From positions 2,097 to 66,096 of the forward strand of contig JAPLNX010000165.1 of assembly GCA_026400935.1 (NCBI GenBank): a stretch of DNA of 64,000 nucleotides, read 5' to 3'. Positions 29,398 to 38,433 of the stretch are shown here, one piece after another (within the stretch, counting starts at the first letter, position 1; each line of letters opens with the position of its first letter). The position numbers were made by a program, and so were the translations under genes. This stretch comes from Planctomycetia bacterium. Its GTDB lineage: Bacteria > Planctomycetota > Planctomycetia > Planctomycetales > Planctomycetaceae. Under the pieces are notes generated by a model. The model worked only from the letters and a program-made list of their open reading frames with translations, made no database searches and was not told the DNA's origin.

Positions 29398-30840
29398 ATG
29401 CGATTCTCGAAGGCAGCTCTACTGGGTCTCGTGGTTTCTTCCGCTGCTTGGGTTCATGCTGTCGATTCAGATGTCGCGCCACGACCGGTGCCGCTCACTC
29501 GGCCGGAGATGAAGGAGTATCTGGAAAACATGAAAGGGCGCAAGCTGCGCATCCCACTGCCGGAGTTGACGGCGGAAGACAAAGAGAAGCTCGGCGAACG
29601 TGCGACAAGCTACGAAAGCCGCTTGCGATATCACTACGCATCCCCCGACGCGCAGGGACCGGGGGCACAAGGGGCCGGGACCGTCGGACAACCTCGCACG
29701 GGAGGCGGCGGTCGCGACAACGATCCCGATAATTCGCTCGACTACGCGTTCAAGGTCCAGTTGTTCTGGATCGTGTCGCGAACCAACAACTGTCAGTACT
29801 GCCTGGGCCATCAAGAATCGAAGCTGCTCGGCGCGGGGATGACTGAGGATGAGATCGCCGCGCTCGACGGCGACTGGTCAGCGCACACGCCGGCTCAACG
29901 AGTGGCCTACACGTTCGCTCGCAAGTTCACCTACGAGCCGCATTTGCTCAACGACGCAGACATTGACGGACTGCGCAAGCATTACACCGACAAGCAGATT
30001 TTGGAGATGATCTTGTCGATGGCCGGCAACAACTCGATCAATCGCTGGAAAGAAGGAGCCGGCATTCCGCAGTCGGCGGGTGGCGGCAACTTTGGCAATC
30101 GCCGGCCGGAAGGAAATAACCCGGCAGCAGAAAAGAAAGCGGAGCGTCCCGTTGAAACGAAACAAACCTATCTCACACCGACGTCTCCGAAGTTCCAGGA
30201 TTTGATCACGAAGGTCGCGCCGGTGACGTTTGATCCCAAGACCGGCAAACCAACAAAACAGACCGTCTCGAATCGGCCCGCGCTGGAATCTCGCGAGGAA
30301 GTTGAGAAGGCGTTGGAAGCCGCTCGCAATCGCAAACCGCGCTTGCCGTTGGCGGACGACGCCAAGACGAAAGAAGTTTTGCCCGAAGGTTTCCCGGAAG
30401 GTGCATTGCCGCAATGGGTGAGTTTGCTCGCCACGTTCCCGAACAGCGCGAAGGGCCGCATCAGCGGCATTCGTTCGGCCGACGAACGCGGTGATCTCAA
30501 CCCGCTGCTCAAGGGTCAAGTCAGTTGGATCATCGCTCGCCAAGACCGAGCGTGGTACGCGACCGGCCAAGCCAAGCAACGCCTGAAAGACCTCGGCTGG
30601 TCCGACGACCAGATTTATTCATTGGACGGCGACTGGGCGAAATTCACTCCAGCCGAACGGTCGTTGTTCACGTTGGCTCGCAAACTGGCAGCGACACCGG
30701 TCGTGCTGACCGACGCCGACGTGGCAGAAGCCGTGAAGCAAGCCGGCCCGCGCGATGTCGTGCAGACCATCATCTACACGACCAATCGTGCGTCGTTCGA
30801 CCGCATCACGGAATCCGCCGGGTTGCGAGTGGAGAATTAG
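29398..30840 (+). CDS. exported double AhpD/CMD-like domain protein, paralog B
   Basis: ATG 29398 gives the signal peptide MRFSKAALLGLVVSSAAWVHA. It has NNCQYCLGHQESKL. It shares TRPEMK..LE..K.R..R.PLPEL with paralog A. Confidence 0.7.
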   Translation: MRFSKAALLGLVVSSAAWVHAVDSDVAPRPVPLTRPEMKEYLENMKGRKLRIPLPELTAEDKEKLGERATSYESRLRYHYASPDAQGPGAQGAGTVGQPRTGGGGRDNDPDNSLDYAFKVQLFWIVSRTNNCQYCLGHQESKLLGAGMTEDEIAALDGDWSAHTPAQRVAYTFARKFTYEPHLLNDADIDGLRKHYTDKQILEMILSMAGNNSINRWKEGAGIPQSAGGGNFGNRRPEGNNPAAEKKAERPVETKQTYLTPTSPKFQDLITKVAPVTFDPKTGKPTKQTVSNRPALESREEVEKALEAARNRKPRLPLADDAKTKEVLPEGFPEGALPQWVSLLATFPNSAKGRISGIRSADERGDLNPLLKGQVSWIIARQDRAWYATGQAKQRLKDLGWSDDQIYSLDGDWAKFTPAERSLFTLARKLAATPVVLTDADVAEAVKQAGPRDVVQTIIYTTNRASFDRITESAGLRVEN

Positions 30841-30900
30841 CGTATCACATTGATTTTGGACTGGTTGAATTTCTTTGAGCATCTCACAAAATGGAATCTC

Positions 30901-30946
30901 AGTCGCGGGAGCGACTGAGCTACGTAGGCGAGTCGCTCCTGCGACT
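30901..30946. repeat. double hairpin / palindromic element
   Basis: agtcgc-ggga-gcgact (30901-30916) and agtcgc-tcct-gcgact (30931-30946). The two units can also pair with each other (15 bp, one G-U). Confidence 0.7.
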
Positions 30947-31014
30947 CGCATTCAGAACGTCTATCGGGGTTCAAACGGTTAGACGTTCCTTGGCACTTCT
31001 CAGAGACCCAGGCC

Positions 31015-32226
31015 ATGAAGACGTTCTTTCGACAGATGCTACTGGGAGCGATGCTGCTCGGTGGCGGCTTGGCCTTCGTTGGTTGTGAAGGTCAGGCCGC
31101 CAAGCCGATGCCCAACGCTGGTGGCTCAGGTGCGACTGGTTCCAAATCCACCGCTCGGAAAGTTGCCCCGCCAGACAATCAGCCCGCCGTGACCAGCGAG
31201 CTGTTTGGCAAGAACGAAAAGGGTGACGACATCCTTCAATACCGCTTGCGGAACAGCCACGGGATGAAACTCAGCGTGCTCAACCTGGGCGCGATCATCA
31301 CGTCGGTCGAAGTGCCCGATCGCGACGGTAAGTTCGCCAACGTGACGTTGAACTTCCCCGACGCGGCCTCGAACCTCGTCAATGCTCCGTACTTTGGAGG
31401 AGCCTGTGGGCGTTATGCGAATCGCATCGCGAAGGGCAAGTTCACGCTCGACGGCACCGAGTACGAACTCGATGTCAACAACGGCCCCAACCATCTGCAC
31501 GGCGGCAAGGTTGGCCTGATGAAACGAATCTGGAAGTCCGAGGGCTTTCAAAACGACGAGGCCGTTGGCGTGAACCTCTGGTACATCAGCCCCGATGGCG
31601 AAGAAGGATACCCCGGCAAGGTCAGGTTCGGCCTCGCGTACTCGCTGAACGATCAGAATGAGCTGCGCATCGAGTACCACGCCGAGACCGACAAGCCGAC
31701 CGTGATGAACCTGACGAATCATGCTTACTGGAATCTGGCCGGAGTGCCGGGCGGCTCGATCCTCGATCACGAACTGACGCTGTCTTGCTCCAAGTATCTT
31801 CCGGTGGATGAGACGTCGATCCCGACGGGCGAACTGACGGATGTTGTGGACACGCCGATGGACTTCCTCAAGCCGGAGAAGATCGGCGCGCGAATTGACC
31901 AGGCCGTCAATGGCGGCGGGGGCTACGATCACTGCTACGTCGTGGATGGCAAGGCTGGCAAACTCCGTCCGGCGGCGAAAATCGTTGAACCGACGTCGGG
32001 CCGCGTGATGGAAATCTCCACGACCGAGCCGGGCATTCAGTTCTACACCGGCAACTTTCTGGACGGGACGCCCGTCACTGGCAACGCCGCCAAGCACGGT
32101 GCGTTTTGCCTGGAAACACAGCACTTCCCGGACTCACCGAACCGCCCTGAGTTCCCCACAACGAGACTCAACCCCGGTGAAGCCTATACTCAAACGACCA
32201 TCCACAAGTTTTCGGTGGCCAAGTAG
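31015..32226 (+). CDS. galM: aldose 1-epimerase (galactose mutarotase), lipoprotein
   Basis: GPNHLHGG, LTNHAYWNLAG, FCLETQHFPDSPN. Lipobox LAFVGCEG. Confidence 0.85.
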   Translation: MKTFFRQMLLGAMLLGGGLAFVGCEGQAAKPMPNAGGSGATGSKSTARKVAPPDNQPAVTSELFGKNEKGDDILQYRLRNSHGMKLSVLNLGAIITSVEVPDRDGKFANVTLNFPDAASNLVNAPYFGGACGRYANRIAKGKFTLDGTEYELDVNNGPNHLHGGKVGLMKRIWKSEGFQNDEAVGVNLWYISPDGEEGYPGKVRFGLAYSLNDQNELRIEYHAETDKPTVMNLTNHAYWNLAGVPGGSILDHELTLSCSKYLPVDETSIPTGELTDVVDTPMDFLKPEKIGARIDQAVNGGGGYDHCYVVDGKAGKLRPAAKIVEPTSGRVMEISTTEPGIQFYTGNFLDGTPVTGNAAKHGAFCLETQHFPDSPNRPEFPTTRLNPGEAYTQTTIHKFSVAK

Positions 32227-32237
32227 GTGTCGCTGGA

Positions 32238-33677
32238 ATGACAAGGAACCCAGACATCCGCACGGAGCTTGCCGTCATGCACGAAATGGTTCTCAATTCA
32301 TTGGCTCGGACGATTTCAAAGTTTGGTTTTTTGATTGTGCTGTTATCGGCCACTCTTCTGGGAGAAGTGGCCTCCTGTCGCGCGGATGAAACTCCACGAA
32401 AACCGAAGCAATCTACTCCGAGTGTTGCCATGTTGAATGATGAAGAATGCTGGAAACAAATGCCCGCTGCCGTCTCTGGATCAGGGCAAACGCTGCCGAG
32501 TTGGGCGAAGGCGGTCGCTTCGCAGTTACCTCGAACGGCGGCCGCGATGTTGCAGCTTGATCTGGTTCATCGCACCAAGAACCCGCTTGATCCTGTCTTG
32601 CGCGCAAAGATGCGTTGGATAATTGCTCATGCGAATCGCTGTGCTTATTCCGAAGCGTATGCTCTGGCGGATTTGAAGCGTGCTTGCGCGGATGCCACAG
32701 AGTTGGAAGTCTTGTCGGGAACTGCGGCATCTTGGTCGGAAGCTGACCGCGATCCGCTGGAGTTTGCTCGGCTTTTGACGGTTGCTGCACCGACAATCTC
32801 TGACGAACTCTTTGAACGATTGCGTTCGCGATTCGGTGACAAGCAGGTTGCCGCGATGGTGTTGCTCGGAGCTTACGGCAATTTTCAGGATCGGATTGTG
32901 CTCGGCCTCAATCTTTCTTTGGAGGAAGATGGTCCGCTGAGTCCGGTGGATGTGAGATTTTCAGACGATGCCTTTCAGATTGCACCGTTCTTCCCGACCC
33001 AGAAGGAGATCCCATCGCTGATTAATTCTGGCGAGAATGTCGTTGCGAAAGATGCAGAGTGGTCGCAAATCTCTTTCAGCGAATTGCAGTCAGGTTTGGA
33101 GCGACAACGCAGTCGAATGTCACGTCTTCCCGTTCCTTTGTGGGACGAAGTGAAGAAGAACCTCCCTCCGGCGATGGCTGCCCGTCCGACGCAAATTGTC
33201 TGGAACCTCGTTTGTTCGGGTTACGTTCCTGAGCTAGCGATTCCCTGGAGCATTGCCACTCGCACCATGTGGGCCGAGTCGCCGACGGATCGGATTTTTG
33301 AGGAAAGCCTGTTCTGGATTCAAACGCGAAGCATCGGCTGCAACTACTGCATGGGCCACTGTGAAATGTTGCTGGAAGTTGCGGGACTCGACAAGAATGC
33401 GATTTCCGAACGGACCAGTCAACTTGCAGGATCGGATTGGTCTGCCTTCCCGCCAGCAGAACAACGAGCTTATGCCTACGCGCGCAAACTCAGTCGAACA
33501 CCTTGGGAATTGAGGCCAGACGATTACGCGATCCTGGAAACCGATCTGGGTTCCGAAAAAGCGATGGCCACATTTTGGTGGTTGTGCCGCGGCCTCTACA
33601 TGACTCGCGTTTCCGACGGCTTCCAACTTCCACTGGAGCGTGAGAATGTCTTTCAAAGCCTACCAATGACCAAGTGA
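32238..33677 (+). CDS. exported double AhpD/CMD-like domain protein, paralog C (domain order reversed)
   Basis: The first domain has AHANRCAYSEAYA with a single Cys. The second has RSIGCNYCMGHCEMLL (CxxC..H). N-terminal hydrophobic segment FGFLIVLLSATLL. Confidence 0.65.
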   Translation: MTRNPDIRTELAVMHEMVLNSLARTISKFGFLIVLLSATLLGEVASCRADETPRKPKQSTPSVAMLNDEECWKQMPAAVSGSGQTLPSWAKAVASQLPRTAAAMLQLDLVHRTKNPLDPVLRAKMRWIIAHANRCAYSEAYALADLKRACADATELEVLSGTAASWSEADRDPLEFARLLTVAAPTISDELFERLRSRFGDKQVAAMVLLGAYGNFQDRIVLGLNLSLEEDGPLSPVDVRFSDDAFQIAPFFPTQKEIPSLINSGENVVAKDAEWSQISFSELQSGLERQRSRMSRLPVPLWDEVKKNLPPAMAARPTQIVWNLVCSGYVPELAIPWSIATRTMWAESPTDRIFEESLFWIQTRSIGCNYCMGHCEMLLEVAGLDKNAISERTSQLAGSDWSAFPPAEQRAYAYARKLSRTPWELRPDDYAILETDLGSEKAMATFWWLCRGLYMTRVSDGFQLPLERENVFQSLPMTK

Positions 33678-33704
33678 ATGCCGCCGAGTTCAGGCAGATC
33701 ACAC

Positions 33705-35498
33705 TCACTGTTCTTGAGTCTCTGCCAGCAAGCGCCGCCAGCGGGCTTTGAGGATTTGGTGGCCGCCGTAATCGAGCGAATCTTCTTCGGTTTGACCGAT
33801 GGCCTGAACCGCGTCTTTCCAACGCTTCTGCTTGGCGAGGCTGACAGCGAGCAACGACTTCGCAGCATGAGCCCACGAACCTTCGGAATAGCGATCTAAG
33901 TACGCGAGACATTGCTCGATGGTCGCCTTGGTCCGATTTTGTTCGGCTTGGCAAAGTGCCATCCAGTAACAGGCATCGTTGCCTGCCCTGATATGCAAGT
34001 CTCGGATGTCCTTGGGAATTCGCTCGCGAAGCAGTCGCTTGGCATCTCCTGAGTCTTGGCCGGCTTGCTTCAGTGTCATCAAGAACTGCGTGAATACTTC
34101 TTTCGTGATTGGCGGATCAACCTCATAAAGCTGGACCGCCAAGTAACCCTGGACTACCTCTGGCCAATGCCCCACGACATGGTTCATGCGGAACTTCATC
34201 AGCGCCCGTTCCGGCTTGCTATAAACAAGATCGGACGTCCGTTTCTCGGCATCCTCTTTGACGCCACTAATCCGAATCGGTGCACCCAACGCATAAGTCA
34301 AACGAGCTAATTCTTTGAGCTGCTCAGGCTCCATGTGAGAAGCCGCTTCTCGGCGATTCTCCGGATAACTCCAGACAACGAGGTCGTCGGCACTCCACGT
34401 TGCACCAGGATACTGTGTGACTCGCGACCACAGACCCGGTTGATCTTCGCTGTCTTCCAACGGATCAGACACAATCGCGGTCAACTCGCCAGACAATTGT
34501 TGCTGGAGTTGCCGCATACGAGTCGAAAGTATGGCAGTGCTGCATATCAACTCGACTTGCGGCGCGGCCAAGTCATTGGCAGTCACGGTGAAGCGGTTCC
34601 CGCTATCACGGCCAATCGCGGTTAGCAGTCCGCCTGCGGACTGCGCCTGCTTCAACGTCAGTGGTTGACGCGGCATCGCCGAACGTGGTTGAGCCAAGTC
34701 GGCAGGGATCGGCATTCCGAGGTTCGGATCAAACAGATAGACCTCGTCCTCCAACAACACTCCTAACAACAACCAACGCTCGTCGCTCGCCTTTGTGCCG
34801 CGAGGCGTCAGCAAGACACAGTCAATTTGACGCTGCCTTAATAGCTCGGAAAAGATCCACACGCGGTCTTCGACGGCACCGCGTCCCAAGACCATCACAT
34901 CGAAAGGGCCGAGCGGAACTTTGCGACGTCCGGACGGGATCAGTTCCACATTTCGCACGACGTAATAGAACAGATTGACTATCCGGTCGATTTCACTTTC
35001 TGTATTTCCGATCGCTAACTTCGCGGTCTTATTTGCCCAAAAACAGTCGCGAATAAACGTCCCGTCACGCTGAATGAATTTGTCGAGCGTCGCTTGCTCG
35101 ACCCAATCTTTCGGTAATGACTTCAATAAACGTTGCGATCGATGCGGAGCCCACTGTGTTCCATTCTGCTCCGCTTCACGCTTCGCTGCTTCAGCCCATT
35201 CATTGAGAACGGCAATCGCTCGCTCAGGATCGGAACTGATCCCTAATTGATCCGGCTGTAACGCGGCCATCGCGTTCTGCAGGTTCCGTTGTGTCCGAGC
35301 ATCTGCGGCTTCGATCGACTTCGCGTCGGTTTTCTTTTCAACCTTCTTTGTTGGTGTCGGCTCGCTGCAACCAACGATCCCGCAACTAACGATGACAGTC
35401 GCAGCCATCCATAGTCCGATCGCTCGTCCTATGAATTTTTGAAACGAGATTCGCTCACCAACGGCTACTTGAGCAACTTGCATGGAAGAAACTTTCAC
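33705..35498 (-). CDS. hypothetical lipoprotein with a possible transglutaminase-like core and TPR-like C-terminus
   Basis: Lipobox IVSCGIVGCSE. The segment VMVLGRGAVEDRVWIFSELLRQRQIDCVLL resembles the G-x-G-x-C-x-D-F core of transglutaminase-like proteins, but with Ala at the Cys position. Confidence 0.45.
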   Translation of the reverse strand: MKVSSMQVAQVAVGERISFQKFIGRAIGLWMAATVIVSCGIVGCSEPTPTKKVEKKTDAKSIEAADARTQRNLQNAMAALQPDQLGISSDPERAIAVLNEWAEAAKREAEQNGTQWAPHRSQRLLKSLPKDWVEQATLDKFIQRDGTFIRDCFWANKTAKLAIGNTESEIDRIVNLFYYVVRNVELIPSGRRKVPLGPFDVMVLGRGAVEDRVWIFSELLRQRQIDCVLLTPRGTKASDERWLLLGVLLEDEVYLFDPNLGMPIPADLAQPRSAMPRQPLTLKQAQSAGGLLTAIGRDSGNRFTVTANDLAAPQVELICSTAILSTRMRQLQQQLSGELTAIVSDPLEDSEDQPGLWSRVTQYPGATWSADDLVVWSYPENRREAASHMEPEQLKELARLTYALGAPIRISGVKEDAEKRTSDLVYSKPERALMKFRMNHVVGHWPEVVQGYLAVQLYEVDPPITKEVFTQFLMTLKQAGQDSGDAKRLLRERIPKDIRDLHIRAGNDACYWMALCQAEQNRTKATIEQCLAYLDRYSEGSWAHAAKSLLAVSLAKQKRWKDAVQAIGQTEEDSLDYGGHQILKARWRRLLAETQEQ

Positions 35499-35531
35499 GG
35501 AGAAAAATCCTGTCAGAAATCGAGCGGACGT

Positions 35532-36380
35532 TTACTCGCCCGACGCTGTCATTTCCAGATACAGCGACCGCAGCCGAGACAGTTGATTGAGAAGCCTTGG
35601 TACGTCAGGAAGTCGCAGCATGTTGGGGCCGTCACTCAAAGCTTTGTCGGGATCGGGGTGAGTTTCGAGGAACACTGCATCGCAACCAACGGCAACAGCC
35701 GCTCGTGAAAGTGTCGGAACCATTTCACGTTGACCACCCGTTGTACTGCCACCCGGCATCTGCACGCTGTGAGTCGCGTCATAACAAACCGGAGTCCCCA
35801 TCCGTTGCATGATCGGAACACATCGGAAGTCATTGACGAGTCGTCCATAACCAAATGTTGTTCCGCGTTCCGTCAGCAATACGCGAGGGCAACCCGCTTC
35901 TTCGCACTTCTTCACGACGTGGCCGATGTCTTCGGGTGCGATGAACTGCGGCTTCTTAACATTGACCACTCCTCCCCATGCGGCACACGCCTCAGCGATG
36001 GCGTGGACTAGGTCCGTCTGTCGAGCCAAGAACGCAGGGACTTGCAATATCTGACAAACCTTCGCGGCAGGTGCGGCTTGCTGCGGTTCATGAATGTCCG
36101 TCGTCACGGACAAGCCGGTGACTTCGCGGACCTTCGCGAGAATATCGAGTCCTCGTTCCAACCCCGGCCCACGGAAGCTGTGATAGCTCGTCCGATTGGC
36201 CTTATCGAAGCTCGATTTGAAAACCAGTTGCCAGCCGTTTTCGTCGGCCCAGTCTGCGAGCTGCTTCGCGACGTCGAGCACCAGTTGCTCGCTTTCCATC
36301 ACACACGGCCCAGCAATGAACAACAAAGGGTGACCCGCTCCGCAGGTCAGTCCTCCAATTTTGATCGGGTTCTCTGGCAT
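35532..36380 (-). CDS. kdsA: 3-deoxy-8-phosphooctulonate synthase
   Basis: [44 protein letters not shown] and DATHSVQ are colinear with KdsA. Start taken at [10 protein letters not shown]. Confidence 0.9.
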   Translation of the reverse strand: MPENPIKIGGLTCGAGHPLLFIAGPCVMESEQLVLDVAKQLADWADENGWQLVFKSSFDKANRTSYHSFRGPGLERGLDILAKVREVTGLSVTTDIHEPQQAAPAAKVCQILQVPAFLARQTDLVHAIAEACAAWGGVVNVKKPQFIAPEDIGHVVKKCEEAGCPRVLLTERGTTFGYGRLVNDFRCVPIMQRMGTPVCYDATHSVQMPGGSTTGGQREMVPTLSRAAVAVGCDAVFLETHPDPDKALSDGPNMLRLPDVPRLLNQLSRLRSLYLEMTASGE

Positions 36381-36442
36381 GTTTCCTCCCTGATTCAATC
36401 TCATCGAGCACATTGTCTCGCGAACGCATCCATATGCACAAA

Positions 36443-36542
36443 CCCCACCGAGCTTGTCTCCGCGGAAACGGGCCTTTGCACTACGTCTGTGCTATCTCAG
36501 TAGCGCACCAGCCTCAAAACCACCGAGACAAGCTCGGCGGGG
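36443..36542. repeat. nested palindromic intergenic element, family A, copy 2
   Basis: ccccaccgagcttgtctccgcggaaacgggcctttgcactacg ... cagtagcgcaccagcctcaaaaccaccgagacaagctcggcgggg. Confidence 0.8.
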
Positions 36543-36560
36543 CTTACGTCACAGTCCCTC

Positions 36561-37457
36561 TTACTTGTTGGTTGGCTGTGGCGCAAACACCTCGACCGCC
36601 GCCGACAACACTCGCAAATCGACCGGTGTGAATCCCGCCGGATCACCGTCCATTTGCCACGGAACCGCGACGTCCGCTTCGATCCTGACTCGAGACGCTC
36701 GCAAGCAAGTGACGTCCGGAAGCGTTTGATGCCGACCGGCAATCACGTGCCCCAAATACTTCATCATCTGAAATGTCGAGCCTTGCTCGAAAAGACACAA
36801 GTCCAATCGTCCGTCATTGCCGGTCGCTTGCGGTGCGAACGGAATCCCCATCGCATACGCGGGAAGGTTCACCGCCATGAGCAGCCGAGCGACTCGCGGT
36901 TGTGGTTCGTCGTCCACAAAGATTCGTAATGGCGGATGTTCGTATTTCAGAATCGAGTTCCAAATTGGCGGAATGTAATGCCACTTGCGAATGTGACCGC
37001 GACGATTGGTGTGAGTCAGATGCACGACATTCGCGTCGAATCCGCAACTCGCCATCAATGTGAAGCTTCGCCCGTTGAGTTGCCCAACATCCAATTTTCT
37101 TTGCGAACCGGAAACGATCAGATCTGCCACCTGCTTTCCCGACGGCTGAATCTTCAAGTACTTCGCCAGCAAGTTCTCGGTTCCCAGCGGCAACACCGCG
37201 ATTGGAAGTCCGGGATACCGATTGATGACGTCGCCGACGGTGCCGTCACCACCCGCCGCCACAACGCAAATCAAATGTTCGCGAGCGGACGAATCGTCAA
37301 GTCTCGCCTGCATTTTTTGACGGTTGGCAAACATGCGCGGCGTGATGTCGTGTCGCTTCAGTTCGCGGATGAACTCCAGCAACAGCCCAGCCCGCTTGCC
37401 GGTTCCCGATGTGGGATTCCGCTGAATGGCTACCCAAGGCCGCTTCATGGTAGCCAC
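36561..37457 (-). CDS. diacylglycerol/lipid kinase family protein (YegS/BmrU-like)
   Basis: VVAAGGDGTVGDV motif and PLGTENLLA. It overlaps the upstream HAD gene by 13 nt. Confidence 0.8.
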   Translation of the reverse strand: MATMKRPWVAIQRNPTSGTGKRAGLLLEFIRELKRHDITPRMFANRQKMQARLDDSSAREHLICVVAAGGDGTVGDVINRYPGLPIAVLPLGTENLLAKYLKIQPSGKQVADLIVSGSQRKLDVGQLNGRSFTLMASCGFDANVVHLTHTNRRGHIRKWHYIPPIWNSILKYEHPPLRIFVDDEPQPRVARLLMAVNLPAYAMGIPFAPQATGNDGRLDLCLFEQGSTFQMMKYLGHVIAGRHQTLPDVTCLRASRVRIEADVAVPWQMDGDPAGFTPVDLRVLSAAVEVFAPQPTNK

Positions 37458-38185
37458 TCCAATAAGTCGGAAAGTGTTGAGATCGTCGGGACACCAGCTG
37501 CGTTCGGCATCGATGTTCCTTCCCTTCGCAAATGCACCGCTGCGATTCCCGCCTTCCGCGCCGACACCACGTCGTTCTCAAAATCATCGCCAATCATCAG
37601 CACTTCGGTCGCATCGCATTCTGCGGCTTTCAAAACAGCGGCATAGAAACCGAGATGTGTTTTGCGATATCCAACCAACGAAGAGATCACGCGAGTCGAA
37701 ACCTCTTGTAGCTCAAGCAATCCATTGCATACGGAGTGCAACCGCGCGTCGAAGTTGGACGCAATCAAGATGCGATATCCCCGTGTTTGCAAATGAGTCA
37801 ACGTCGAACCAACATCATCGAAACAGCGCCATGATGATGGCTGACCGAAATAGTCGAATAGTATTTCAAAGCAATGTTCTGGCTCACCAACATCGGGCAA
37901 GACTTCGCGAACCATTCGTCGCCAGAACTCTCTTTCGTAGTCTTCGTTCGTTCGACCGAGTTCACCAAACCAGCGTTCAGCCTCCGTGTCCGCTCGACAA
38001 AGCGCCTCGCGAAACCGAGGGCCGATTTCATCCGCCGTCACCTTCGAACCAAATTGTTGACCGACCGACGCATACACTTTTGCAACACTCGGTTCTGCAA
38101 AGATCAGCGTCCCGACCGCGTCGAAAGCGAGGCAACGAATCTTGGAAACATCTGCGTTCGGCAATTGCGGACTCGTCACGGGCAT
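37445..38185 (-). CDS. HAD-superfamily hydrolase (subfamily IA-like)
   Basis: Motif I region LAFDAVGTLI, motif III/IV MIGDDFENDV. Start taken at ATG 38185, which follows ggaaagg; track ORF 37445..38269 is longer. Confidence 0.7.
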   Translation of the reverse strand: MPVTSPQLPNADVSKIRCLAFDAVGTLIFAEPSVAKVYASVGQQFGSKVTADEIGPRFREALCRADTEAERWFGELGRTNEDYEREFWRRMVREVLPDVGEPEHCFEILFDYFGQPSSWRCFDDVGSTLTHLQTRGYRILIASNFDARLHSVCNGLLELQEVSTRVISSLVGYRKTHLGFYAAVLKAAECDATEVLMIGDDFENDVVSARKAGIAAVHLRREGTSMPNAAGVPTISTLSDLLEWLP

Positions 38186-38194
38186 CCTTTCCCT

Positions 38195-38398
38195 GGAGTG
38201 CTGCGGCTCGACGCAGCCCTCCATCCTATTGAAATAGCGATCTACAAACTCCAGAGACTGTTGTTCCAAGTAGAACCGCAGAAATAACTACGCAGGCGAG
38301 CGGGCCTACTTAGAAATCGGCGCATCGAAGATCGCAGTCTTGCCATTGAACACTGACATTCCAACTGAATGGAGGGCTGCGTCGAGCCGCAGCACTCC
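38195..38398. repeat. MITE-like element bounded by a perfect 30-bp inverted repeat
   Basis: ggagtgctgcggctcgacgcagccctccat (38195-38224) is the exact reverse complement of 38369-38398. The spacer is 144 nt. Confidence 0.85.
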
Positions 38399-38433
38399 GA
38401 GGGTAAGAACCGCTGTTCCCGCAGCTCAACGGC

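Noticed and set aside
31126-32124. 332-aa ORF antisense to galM
   Set aside because: The sense strand encodes a clear aldose 1-epimerase. The antisense product is Arg/Ala/Val-rich with no motifs.
36936-38232. Two long + strand ORFs (236 and 268 aa) opposite the lipid-kinase and HAD genes
   Set aside because: The minus-strand genes carry the GGDGT and HAD motifs. The + strand products have no motifs and an Arg/Ser bias.
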